DNA of 42,894 nt, from the IMG/VR virus record IMGVR_UViG_3300030372_002956, positions 1 through 42,894 of that record. The stretch is one strand, 5' to 3'. Under the pieces are notes generated by a model. The model was given only the letters and a program-made list of their open reading frames with translations, searched no databases and had not been told where the DNA came from. Source of the stretch: a virus. Taxonomy: Duplodnaviria; Caudoviricetes. Made by a program: the position numbers and the translations under genes. Positions 8,141 through 19,200 of the stretch are shown here, in pieces (positions within the stretch are counted from its first letter, which is position 1; the number at the start of each line of letters is the position of its first letter).

Positions 8141-8512
8141 TTAACATTTCCATCTACGTCTAGCAGCTCGACCTCTTTCACCGGTCCAACCTTTTGATCT
8201 AGCGCAGAATGATTTTCTACGTTTAGCGTCTTTACTACCTGGTTTAACTTTACCAGTTACTGCTGTTTTTAATTTACTACCAGGGTTTTTACGTTTATAA
8301 GTTTCAACTCCCTTAGAAGTCATCCCAGCACCTTCTTCAACTGTTCTAAAGTTACGACCTTTACCTTTTGTGGTTTTTCTGGGTTCATTGCTATGTAGTG
8401 GTGAGCCTAAATTTCTACGCCTACCACAACTAGTAACAGGAAAAGGATTTTTCTTTTGAACATATCCTTTAGTTTTTCCAAACATACTATTTTGTTTTTC
8501 TGATCCTGGCAT
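8141..8512 (-). CDS. Highly basic phage protein (DUF6321-like)
   Basis: NPGSKLKTAVTG...AKRRKSFCARS...RRWKC pattern; family name recalled, not searched. Confidence 0.7.
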   Translation of the reverse strand: MPGSEKQNSMFGKTKGYVQKKNPFPVTSCGRRRNLGSPLHSNEPRKTTKGKGRNFRTVEEGAGMTSKGVETYKRKNPGSKLKTAVTGKVKPGSKDAKRRKSFCARSKGWTGERGRAARRRWKC

Positions 8513-8514
8513 AA

Positions 8515-8850
8515 TTAAAAATCACTCATTAATTGATTATCTATTTCCTCTTGTACCTCTTTCCTTGTTGCTAACATTTTGAAACTAAGATCAGCTTGAA
8601 ATCTAGCAACTTCTTCATCATCTTTAAATATTATAATAGTAGGTACTACAGCTATTTTATATTCTTTTTGGTCTTCTGTATTTTTAGCTACATCTATATA
8701 ACCTATAGTTTTGCAATCTGCTAAATCCATAACCCAAGGAATATCATTAGCACTATTCCAACCAGCATTAAATTGTATTACTTTAATTTGCCCAAAAACT
8801 GAGTTAGACAATAGTATAAAGAAAATAACAAGTATATTTAATTTTTTCAT
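8515..8850 (-). CDS. Exported thioredoxin-fold protein lacking CxxC
   Basis: Signal peptide ...SVFG|Q; VIQFNAGWNSAN occupies the FxAxWCxxC position; cis-Pro loop VVPTIIIFKDDEEVARF. Confidence 0.8.
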   Translation of the reverse strand: MKKLNILVIFFILLSNSVFGQIKVIQFNAGWNSANDIPWVMDLADCKTIGYIDVAKNTEDQKEYKIAVVPTIIIFKDDEEVARFQADLSFKMLATRKEVQEEIDNQLMSDF

Positions 8851-8854
8851 TTAA

Positions 8855-9133
8855 TTATTGATAAAGTTTGTCTTCTATTTTTTCTATAGACTCTTTAATT
8901 TCTTCTACATCTTTTTTAGTGTCCATAATAGTTTGACGTATCATTTGATCTTTCATGTCAAATTCCATTCTTGTAATCTCTGGATCTGGGGCAGCTGGTA
9001 ATTCTTTAGCCTCAGCTATATCTGCTTGAAGCATAAACCACATACTAATAATAGTTGCCATTGCAAACCCTATACCTATTAACGTTTTAATACTTACATT
9101 AAAACCTGTATCTTCATTTAATTCTTTTGCCAT
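8855..9133 (-). CDS. Membrane-anchored coiled-coil protein
   Basis: One TM (TLIGIGFAMATIISMWFML), Pro linker LPAAPDPE, heptad-like C-terminus. Confidence 0.75.
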   Translation of the reverse strand: MAKELNEDTGFNVSIKTLIGIGFAMATIISMWFMLQADIAEAKELPAAPDPEITRMEFDMKDQMIRQTIMDTKKDVEEIKESIEKIEDKLYQ

Positions 9134-9135
9134 TT

Positions 9136-10218
9136 TTAAAATATAACGTAATTTAATCCTAATTTAAAATCGTACCATTCTCTGTTCCAATACTTATTGT
9201 ATTTTCCTTCTAAAAAATATCCTAAACTTTTATTTTGTTTTATACCATATATAAAACCAAAAGAGTAATCATACCATTGGTCATCTGTAATATAGTTATG
9301 ATAACTAAATTCACTACCGTCGTTATAATGGTAAGGTAATAAATTACCCCAAGCATGCAACCATGTTTTCTTAGAATATTTATAATAATCAAAACCCATA
9401 ATCATAGAGTGTTGTATTACTTTAGATAATTCATTTCTTTTTCTTTCGGTGTAATCAGATAACACTTTTGGTATAACTACAGCTTCCCAAACCTCTGAGC
9501 TAGTAGCAACTACATCACCAGTCGGGTCATAGTACTCGTTGCTATACACATCAACCGTATAACCTTCTTGTAAAGCTAAGTAAGTATAATGAATATTTCC
9601 ATTTGATAATAACCATTCAGAAAGTGGATCATAACCATAAGGCTCTGCCAATCTATGAGCAGCCCCTATATTAAAAGATAAATTTTTACCTTTTCTATAC
9701 CTATACCTTTCTGATGCTTCAAAATATTCTACATCAGCAAATCCATCTTGTAAATATTCTACTTTTAAAGCAAAAAAGTTTACACATAAACCACTAGGAC
9801 AACCGTCATCAGAACTAAATCTAATAAAGTGGTGTTGATCCATATAATCTACACCTTCTTGTCTTTTATAATCTACTTCAAAAAGATATTCAACTCCTTT
9901 AACTTTACCTACAGTAGCCGCATCACTGTAATTTGATTCAGTTCCATCATAGAATGTTTGTGCTTTATTCTCGTATCCAAATCTTGCTATCTTACGTAAA
10001 CCAATGGTAAAATTATAATCATAAGGAGTTGAAATAGTTTGTGTAGATAAACCATTACCTACAGAAAATACTTCAACATCAGACAATGATGTCCCACCAT
10101 TTACAGCAGCATAAAATGTAGAAAACTTTAATAGTTTCTTAACATCTTCTATTCCATATGTTTGCGCTGTTACTATATTTGACATTAGTAATAGCAAGAT
10201 TATCAGTTTCTTCACCAT
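9136..10218 (-). CDS. Outer-membrane beta-barrel protein, 360 aa
   Basis: Signal peptide ...IVTA|Q; Tyr/Trp/Phe-rich alternating strands; C-terminus DFKLGLNYVIF. Confidence 0.7.
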   Translation of the reverse strand: MVKKLIILLLLMSNIVTAQTYGIEDVKKLLKFSTFYAAVNGGTSLSDVEVFSVGNGLSTQTISTPYDYNFTIGLRKIARFGYENKAQTFYDGTESNYSDAATVGKVKGVEYLFEVDYKRQEGVDYMDQHHFIRFSSDDGCPSGLCVNFFALKVEYLQDGFADVEYFEASERYRYRKGKNLSFNIGAAHRLAEPYGYDPLSEWLLSNGNIHYTYLALQEGYTVDVYSNEYYDPTGDVVATSSEVWEAVVIPKVLSDYTERKRNELSKVIQHSMIMGFDYYKYSKKTWLHAWGNLLPYHYNDGSEFSYHNYITDDQWYDYSFGFIYGIKQNKSLGYFLEGKYNKYWNREWYDFKLGLNYVIF

Positions 10219-10220
10219 TA

Positions 10221-10249
10221 TTTATTTTGTTATATAATCACTTGTTTTT
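10221..10249 (-). promoter_or_regulatory. Candidate phage-specific promoter, copy 2
   Basis: AAAAACAAGTGATTATATAACAAAATAA, near-identical to the intergenic element at 21143-21167. Confidence 0.55.
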
Positions 10250-10257
10250 AAAATTAT

Positions 10258-13200
10258 TTAGTCATGATAGTAACACAATCCGCTTTTGTTACTTGTTTGC
10301 ATTTTACATCTTTTACCATCATCCTTTACTTTTTTACATTGAGATTTTTTACCATCAACTCTTTGTTCTACTTTTTCATGTATTGTACATCTCATTCCAG
10401 CCTTAGGAACAACTATACTACATCTTTTACCTTTAGAGTTTACATTGGCACAAGTATATTCTTTCTTTTTTTCACCTTTTTTCTCAGTTTCTTTTTCTTC
10501 TTTAATCTCTTCTTTTATAGTATTATCTATTTCTAATTGTTTAAGAGCTTCTTCTTCTTTTTTCTTTTCTTCTCTTTTTTCTTTAGCTTTTTGTTTCTTT
10601 TCTTCTTTAACAATTGTCTTTACTAATTCTATTTTATCACTTTTAACATTTAAATCCCAACGGTTCCAACCTAACATTAGAGCTATTCTTTGCCAAGTAG
10701 CATTATCATCATTTAAGGCTTCTCTAATATTTTTAGTTTTATTAACGATTCTATCCATAGGGGCGTTTGTTAAAGCAGATACAACGTTGCCTACAGCATC
10801 CCAAACTGGGTTATCAAGATCAAATGTATCCATTTTTTTGATAACATCTCTATTGTAACTCCAAGATTTTCCAGCACCTCTAAGTTTTCTAACTTTAGAT
10901 CCTATTGGTGGAGATAATTGAAGTCCTTCAATAACAACATTATCAAAGTCTTGGTTCCAACCCTTGCCTTCTTCTTCACCGATTTTTACTATCATGTTTT
11001 TTATAGTTGAAACTACAGCTCCTCCAACACCTGTACCTCTTAGTATACTATCAAGTATACCATGGTACAATCTTTGCATCTTCTTTTCTTCTGTTTTAGC
11101 TCTTTTTTCATCGTCTTCATCATCGTCAAATGCCAACGCAAACAGTGCTGATTGTAGACTAAAGAAGATTACATTTTGTACAGCTCCATAATATAATATT
11201 CTTGATATATTTGTTTTAGCATCACCTCTACCATTAACTAAATCTGATATTGCCTTCTTAGTTAATCTCATATACTGCATAGGAGTATTTTGGAATGCTA
11301 ATATTAATCTACCAAGAGTAGACGCTTGTTGTTGTGATATTAAATCAGGTCTAGAAGACTGTTGTGTTTCTTCTGCAATCTCCTGGAAATCTTCAAAAGC
11401 TTTTGTTTCAGCTTCTTTTTGACTTAAACCCTCTTTTAAATATGTATTAACTCTATTTCTATAAAAAGTAGCACCACCAGATGATATAGCGAAACTATCT
11501 GCTATTTGTGTTGGTAAGAAACCTTTTTGTAATAAATAGTTTAACGCAGCCATAACTGGATTTTTTGATCTACCAACAGCTTCTGTTAACTCAGCGGTGT
11601 TAACATCTGTCTTTAATCCTTTACGTCTCTGTTTTAACATATCTGAATTAAATAAGAATGTAAAGTCTTTCCAGAATTGTTTTTGATTAGCAAAAGCCAT
11701 AGCAGCTTTAGCTATATTATTATCACCCCAATTTATAAAGTTAACAGTAGATAAAGTCTGTAATACAGCTGATCTAGCGTTAAAGAACATGATAGCACCA
11801 ACTGAATTGTTTATCCAGTTTTGAAAAGCATTAACAAGTCTATTACTACCTGTAATTCTATTTGTACCTTTTTCCATACGGTACAACATATCTTCTAAAG
11901 CCTCTCTGAAATTAGCTCCATATATAGCTTCAATTTTATTTAAATTCTTTTCAGAAAATATTATATCTTTATTTTCTATCCATTCAGCTAAAAACTCTGC
12001 TCTATTAACTTTATTAGCTCCTTCTAAATCTGACATTATATTTCCAACTAACCACTCTCTACTTGGTTCAACATATCCTTCTGGTCTTTTAGATATTAAA
12101 CCTAAAACACCAGCATAATCTTTTAATCTTTGATCATTGTTAACTACCTCTAAAAGCATTGCTTTATCAGATTTAGACAAACCAGGTATTTCAAAACCAG
12201 CTTTATCCCATAAGTAAACTCTTACAGCATCTGAATAACGGAAATCTTTTTGTCCTTCTATTTTTTTAGTTAACTTTTTACGAACGTCAGGCATAGCTTT
12301 TCGCAAAGCATTATAATCATTCCACATTCTTTGTTTAGCCTCATTAAGTTCTCTATATCCTCTAGCAAAAGGATCTAATAAAGCTTTTTTAAACCAATCC
12401 ATTTGTAGATCACCTTTTTTACCTTTAGCTAAAAACCTATATAATAAACCTTTAAAATCTTCAGCAGACGGTGGAATAAAAAAGTCAAATCTACCTTTAC
12501 CTTTACCTCTTAATTTCGCTTTAGCAGCAGAGAATTCTTTTTCAGATTGCATACCAGTTGTTTCTTCTAATATGCTATTAAACTCTCCATCCATTGTTTC
12601 ACTAAATTTAACTTTAGCTTGCTGAACTTTTGATTTAACATCAAATTGATCAAGCATATTTTGTACAGCTTGGACATTCTGTAAAGCGTCGTCAGCAAAA
12701 TAGAAATCGTTATAACCTTCACCAACTTTTTCAGCTATCCATAACGCTTTGGCTTCTGATGTAGAGTTACCTAAACCAGTTATATTTTTTAATGGTATAT
12801 TTAAACCATTAGCTTTTAAGAAATCAAATATAGCTTTTTGAGCAGCCGGCGGTCTAGCCGTTAACACAAACATGTTTTTAGGACCAAATTTCTTTTGTAA
12901 TTTTAAAGCTTTATTAAATAGAGGTGCTAGTTTACCTTTAACAACTTTATTAAATTCAGAGAAATCAAACTTATAGCCCTTACCTAATAAATCTTGATAT
13001 GTAGCAGCGTATTCCTCAGCATTTAAAGTTCCTGTTGTCCCGTCTGGAGCTGTAAATCTAACTAATGATTCAGTTGTAGCTAAAGTATCATCAAAATCTA
13101 AAACAGTAATACCTTTTGGTGTTTCTGAAAAACTAACTGTTCTTGCTTTTTTAACAGCATTACTTATTATTTTTGCTTCAATTAACCGTTGTTCATTAGG

Positions 13201-16200
13201 TATCATTAAATCCTTCATGGATTCTTTTACGCTTTGTATAACACTTATATCAGCATATACACGTTTTATATAACCTGTTATTTGTATAGCCGCGTTGTCT
13301 GAAGTTTTAAAACTATTTATATTGGCATCTTTTTCAATTGATAATATTCTCATATCTCCAAGCTCACTAGTTGTGCCAAGTTTTATGTCTTGTAATCTTG
13401 AATATGCTTCAACACCTAAAGATTGATTAAAGTTTGCTGTTATAATATCGTATTCAGTATCAAAATTTAAATTTTCACCAGATTTTATTTTTAAAGACAA
13501 CAAAGCTATCTCTCTCATTACATTAGCGCTTGGATCTATATGTTCTCCCTTAAACCTTAAATGCTCACCAACAATTAACTTAACCTCTTGCTCTATCCAA
13601 GCTTTGTTATATCCTTTCTTTTTTGCTGTTTTGTTAGCTCTATTTCTAGCTATAGCTTCAGCAATACTATAATCTGGATGTTCTTTATTAACCTCAACGA
13701 CTACTACATCTTTTCCCTTAGTTTTTTTTGTAGGTTTTTTAGCATAATATTTTATAATATCACCATCTTTATTTTTACCCACATAAGGGGCTTGCGACTT
13801 AGCGTGATATTGTATTATTGGTAAAGCGGTATAGGCTCTTTGTGCTAAAACATTACTAGTTGCTGCCTCATACCATCTTAATATACCAACTCCACCAGGT
13901 TTGTTCATAAAAATATTATGAGCAGTTTTGGCTAAATGTTTTAATAATTTAGGATTATTATTGTTAGCTTCATCTATCTGCTTACCATACTTTCTTCTTA
14001 CTTCGTCTTTTTTAGCTTGCCAAGTTTTAAATGGCTGAGCTAATATATTTTGTATTTTAAGCATTAAACCTTGATTAGCGTTTAATGGATGTGTTTTTGC
14101 TGGATCAAAATCTAGATTTTTACCTGATGACTTTTGTTTTATTTTTTCATCATATTTTTTTCTAAGCTCTGGAAATTTAAAGTTTTTACCACCTAATAAC
14201 CTATCACTACCAGTTAAACCAAACATTTGGGGTTTTAAAGCAGCAACAACTTCAGGTTCTAAAGCATCTATTAATTCCATCATAGAATCAACTAATTGTT
14301 GCTTAGCTTCGGCGCTGGTTTTATTCATTACATCAGCAAAATAAATATCTAGCATGTCAGTAACATCTTCATTAAATTCTCCTTTTCTTAAAAGATTTTG
14401 TAATGGTTTTTTGAATCCACTAACATCAGCTTCAAAATATTCTTCAAAATTTTGAGTATCTAAATATACTATAGTAGATTGATCTATTCCCTCGTCTTGT
14501 AAAGCTTGATAAAAACTTGGGGTTTTATAACCATGCGTGAGTGCTAATCTTAAAACACTCATAACATCATTACTTATTGTTTCTACTTCTGTATTGGCTA
14601 AAGCCTGTATTTCAGGTTCTATTGTTTCACTAAATCTTACACTAGGATTTCTTTTAATAGCCTCAGTTAACTTAGCGCTTTCTTTAGTTGCCCCTTCTGG
14701 TAATATACCTGGGTGGAAAACAGCATCTAAACCTAATTCATTAATAATAGCATTTACTAATGATTTATATTGAGTTTCTCTACCTTTTATAAATATATCT
14801 TGAAACTGTTGAGGTGTCATCTCTTTTAACGCCCAAGTCTCATTACCACCTTTTTCATTCATAACAAATGAACCCTCTAAAGATGTTTGTGTTTCTGCTG
14901 ATTCCTGAACACCTAGTCTACCTAAACTTTCAACTAAAGCATTTTCACCTTTAAACCTAGTAGCATATTTCACACCAACTAAAGCTTGTATTTCGTTTTG
15001 TTTAGTTTCTAATAACTTTTTAAATTTATCAGATTTTTGTGTACCTATAAGTTTTTTAACTTTCTTAGCAAACTCTGTTTTTAAGAATGCTTTTTCTAAA
15101 GCTTGTCTAAACTTTTTCTCTGTTTTCTTGTTTGTTAAAACTTCATCAAAGTTTATAGGGCCTAATATATTTCTAACTTCTTCTAATATCTCATTGTATA
15201 AAGTACTATTTTCTTTTATATCTAATATTCTTCTTGTTTTACCAGTTTCAACTTCTTGGCCAGCTTTATCATTTTCAATTTCTTTTAATTGAGCTAATAA
15301 ATCATCTGCTCTACGTTGAGTAATTTGACCAGTATCAAGCATACTTTGAACTTTTTCTCTAGCTGCCTCAAAGTTAATACCAACATCTTCACCTGCTTCA
15401 TAAGCATTGTCAAGAGCGTCACTTCTTTTCATTATACCTTTACCACCGTATTCTTTTGTAGACTCTATACCAAGTCTTCTAGCTAAGCTTTGTGCTCTTT
15501 TCCAACCTCTGTTTATTATAAACTTTTCTACACCTTGATCTCCGTTATACTCTTGTATAACCATGTTATTTAATTCTGATTTAAGAGATGCTCTGTAATC
15601 ACTTCTACTTATACCTCCCCTAGCATCTATAGCAATTGGGTCGTATAACGCTTTAGTTAAAGTTTCTGCTATTTTATTTACTGGTGTTTTTATAGCATCA
15701 ATTACATTAGCCTCTAACCTTATAGATCTTTGATCTTTTATAGGCTTAACTCCTCTTTCTTTAGCTATTCTGTCCATCTCAGCCTGACGAGCGTTTATAG
15801 TGTTGACATCTTCAAGAACAGCTTGATCATTAATCTCTGTTTCAGAGAATTTTAATTCACCAATTTTAGCTCCACCTGGTCCAGCAATAGCTAATATAGA
15901 TTCTCTAACTTCACCAGCTTTAACATCTGCAGCGTAATCTATAATAAAGTTTCTTACACTATTACCATCTTTAAATTCTATATTATCATAACCTCTTAAT
16001 TTAAACAAGTTTATAAATGGTTCTTTAATTCTATTAAGAACATCTTTCTTTGGATTTATTTGTTTTAATCTTATAGCATCACTATAATAAGTTAGATATT
16101 CTTGAGCGTATTGTTCAAAAGCTTTTTCACCAATTATATTTTTGTCTTTATCTCTTATGTATCTTTCGGTACCACTGTCCATTCTCTTATCTAAAACAGC

Positions 16201-19200
16201 TCTTTCTTTTGACGAAAGTTTACCAAGAAAATCTTTTATTAGTTTAACACCTTCTTCAGTTATAGTAACCTCTACGTCGTTACCCTGTTTGTCTTTAACT
16301 ATTCTGGCATCACCGTTAAACGTACTTTCAGTAATAGAGTGTAATACCTCGTGTGAAGCTACACTTATAGCCCCTGTTTCTTTAGCTCTAGTACGATTAG
16401 AAACCCACATACCACCTGGCGTGAAAAATCCATCTTTACTTCTAATAACATGAGAAGGAGTTTGTGTATCACCAGTTTCACGTACGTATATTTCATAGAA
16501 TTCTTGAGGTGTTTGTGCGATATTAAAACCAGTTTTTACACCTCTTTCTTGTAATTTTTCAGTAGTCTTTTTTGAAACCTCCTCATCTTGACGCATGTTT
16601 ATTTCGTCAAGCATATCATTCTTTTGTTTTTCTAATTTATAGTATTCGTCAGTAATTTCTTTTATAAGATTTTGTTTGGCTTCAGTAGATATAGATCCGT
16701 CTTCTTTGATATTTCTTATAAGCTCTAGTGTTTCAACAAATTTAATATCAGTATCAAACACCAATCTTCTTTGTTCAGGTGTCATTTCATCAATTCTATC
16801 TATGGCTTTAGTTAATACCTTTGTATTATCAGCTACAATACGAGCAATTCTTTCTTTTAATATTTTTCTAGTTTCTGGCGCTAAATTAGGATTTTTAAGT
16901 TGACTTTCTATTTCGCGTATTTTTTTAGCACTATCAGTTAATTTAGAAAGTTCACTTTTTGGTAAAAACGGATATACAACTTGTTTAAATACTCTAGGTG
17001 CTTTTATAATACGTTCCATTAACAACCCATTAAACGCAGCTTCATCTATACCTTTGTATATACTTATTTTATCTCCAGCTAATTTCATACCAAAGTTTTC
17101 ACCCATAGTAGCTAAAACCTCACTGCCTGACTCTAAAGCCGCACCTCCAACACCTGTTAATATATTTTTAGGATTAAGAAGATTACGCATACCTGCTCTA
17201 AAACCATTTCTTAATATATCTTTTCCTCCAGCCGCTTCAATTAAAGGTAAAGTAACAAATCTTTCTGTTAAATATTCTGAACCAAAAGTAACTCCACTAG
17301 CAATATACATATCCCACATAGAGTAACTACCTCCATGTTTGTTTTTTTCTAGCATTTCTTCAAATTTCATACCAGCGGCAGAACTAGATAAAGCAACTAA
17401 TCCCACCTGCGGTGCTGTTACTAAAGCTGCTAATTGAGGTATAAAATCAGCTGAAGCACCAACTATATATTCTCCCCAATCATAAAGACTACCTCCTTTA
17501 GCATCATCCCAAGTTGTTCTTTCTTGAACACCTTTTAACCTTTGTTCTTGGAAGTTGTTAATAGCAGTACGCACTTCGTTTCTATCTACCGGTATCACAC
17601 CAAATAGTGGAGATGCATTTTCCATTGTTTCAAAAACAGCTTGGGTTACTTCATTGATATTACCATTCTCATCAATATATCCATTTTCAACAAGAAAATT
17701 ATTCCATATCGGTTCAAGTATTAAACGTCTAGGGGCCTTGGTAACATGAAAAGCAGCAGACTCAACACCCATAGCTAAATCAACTGCTTTTGTTTTAAGA
17801 TATGTTGTAAATTGAGCAACCTCACTATGATCTCTACTTAAACTATTTATAAAAATATCTAAATCTCCAGAATCTTCTATTTGATCTAACAAATCATCGT
17901 TTAATAATTGATAAGACCTAACCATAGTATTGGTTTTATCTAAAATAGAATTATAATTACTATAATCATATTCAAGTTCGTTTTTCCATTCCTTACCATC
18001 AGTATCGATATATGGCGTGTTATACTGCTCTATTAATTGATTATGATTTGTTACAGCGTTTTGATATGATGTAATATTTCCTTTATTTTCATTTAATAAT
18101 AACTGGTACTCATCATAAATAACTTTATATTTATTATAGTTTTCTTCATCTAATCTTCCTTCTTCATCTGTTAATTCAGAAAAAGACTGCATTTGATTTT
18201 GTAGATCTTCTAAATCATTTAAAACACTAGGAATATCTTTATATTTTTCAAGTTCTTCATTAGAATTATCAAGTTTATTTTTCCAATCTAATTCTTTTGC
18301 TTTAATTTCGTCTCCTTTTAAAATTAAATCCTCTTTATTTAAATTGATAAAATCTTCTTGTATTTGTAAAGTTTGTTTAGTTTTAACTATTTTTGGTGGT
18401 TCAACCCTCTTACCATCTACAGTTGTTTTATAACCTATCTCATCATAATAATCTTTTAATTTATCTAAGAATATTCTTTGTTCTTCTGGTAAAGCGCTGA
18501 TATTAGCCTTGTCTAATATCCATTTAAAATCTCGAAATGTTTTAGCTCCAGATACAAACGTGTCTCCCCAATCTATATTATCTTCTATCCATTGTGTTAG
18601 TCCATGTTTTATAAACTTAGCTTTTTCATCTCTTAAATATAGTTCTTTAGCAAATTCAATTCTTCCTTCTTCAGAAGGTGATTGAAAATTTTGTTCAAAA
18701 GCTTCATCTGCTTTTCTTAAATAACTAGCAAAAACTGAATTTTGATTATCTTCTCGTAACTTTTTATAATTAGTTATTTCCTGGTCATAAGCGTTTCTAG
18801 AGTCTGTTGCTGTATATTCACGTATATTACCCTCGGCATCCATAACGTTTTTAGGTAAAACTGTGGAACTTGGAGTAGTAGGCATATCCATGTTTTCAAT
18901 ATCTAGATAATCATTAACCTCTTTGTTTATTTGTTCTTCAATTTTACCAACATCATCTTTGTCAGTTTGAAACAAATCCATAAATTCTTTAGCACTTACA
19001 CTATTTATATCTTTGTCAATTCTAGATTTTATATCTTTTTTTACTTTTTTAACAAAACTAGTAGGAACATCTTTACTATTAACTACAGCTTTAGTTGTTT
19101 CACCTGTTGTCTTGTTAACGGTATTTTTAATATAATGACTTTTTGGATCGTAAACTTTTTCTTTTGTTCCGTCAGTTTTTTCAACAGTATAATATGGTTC

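Noticed and set aside
8855-9133. Firm holin or i-spanin call
   Set aside because: Topology is compatible, but there is no overlapping o-spanin lipoprotein and the gene is about 7 kb from the endolysin; kept only as a hypothesis.
13081-13098. DFDD in the giant protein as a crAss-type virion RNA polymerase DxDxD motif
   Set aside because: The motif is DFDDT (HAD DxDxT) with matching HAD motifs II-IV; I saw no DFDxD / DxDGD polymerase context.
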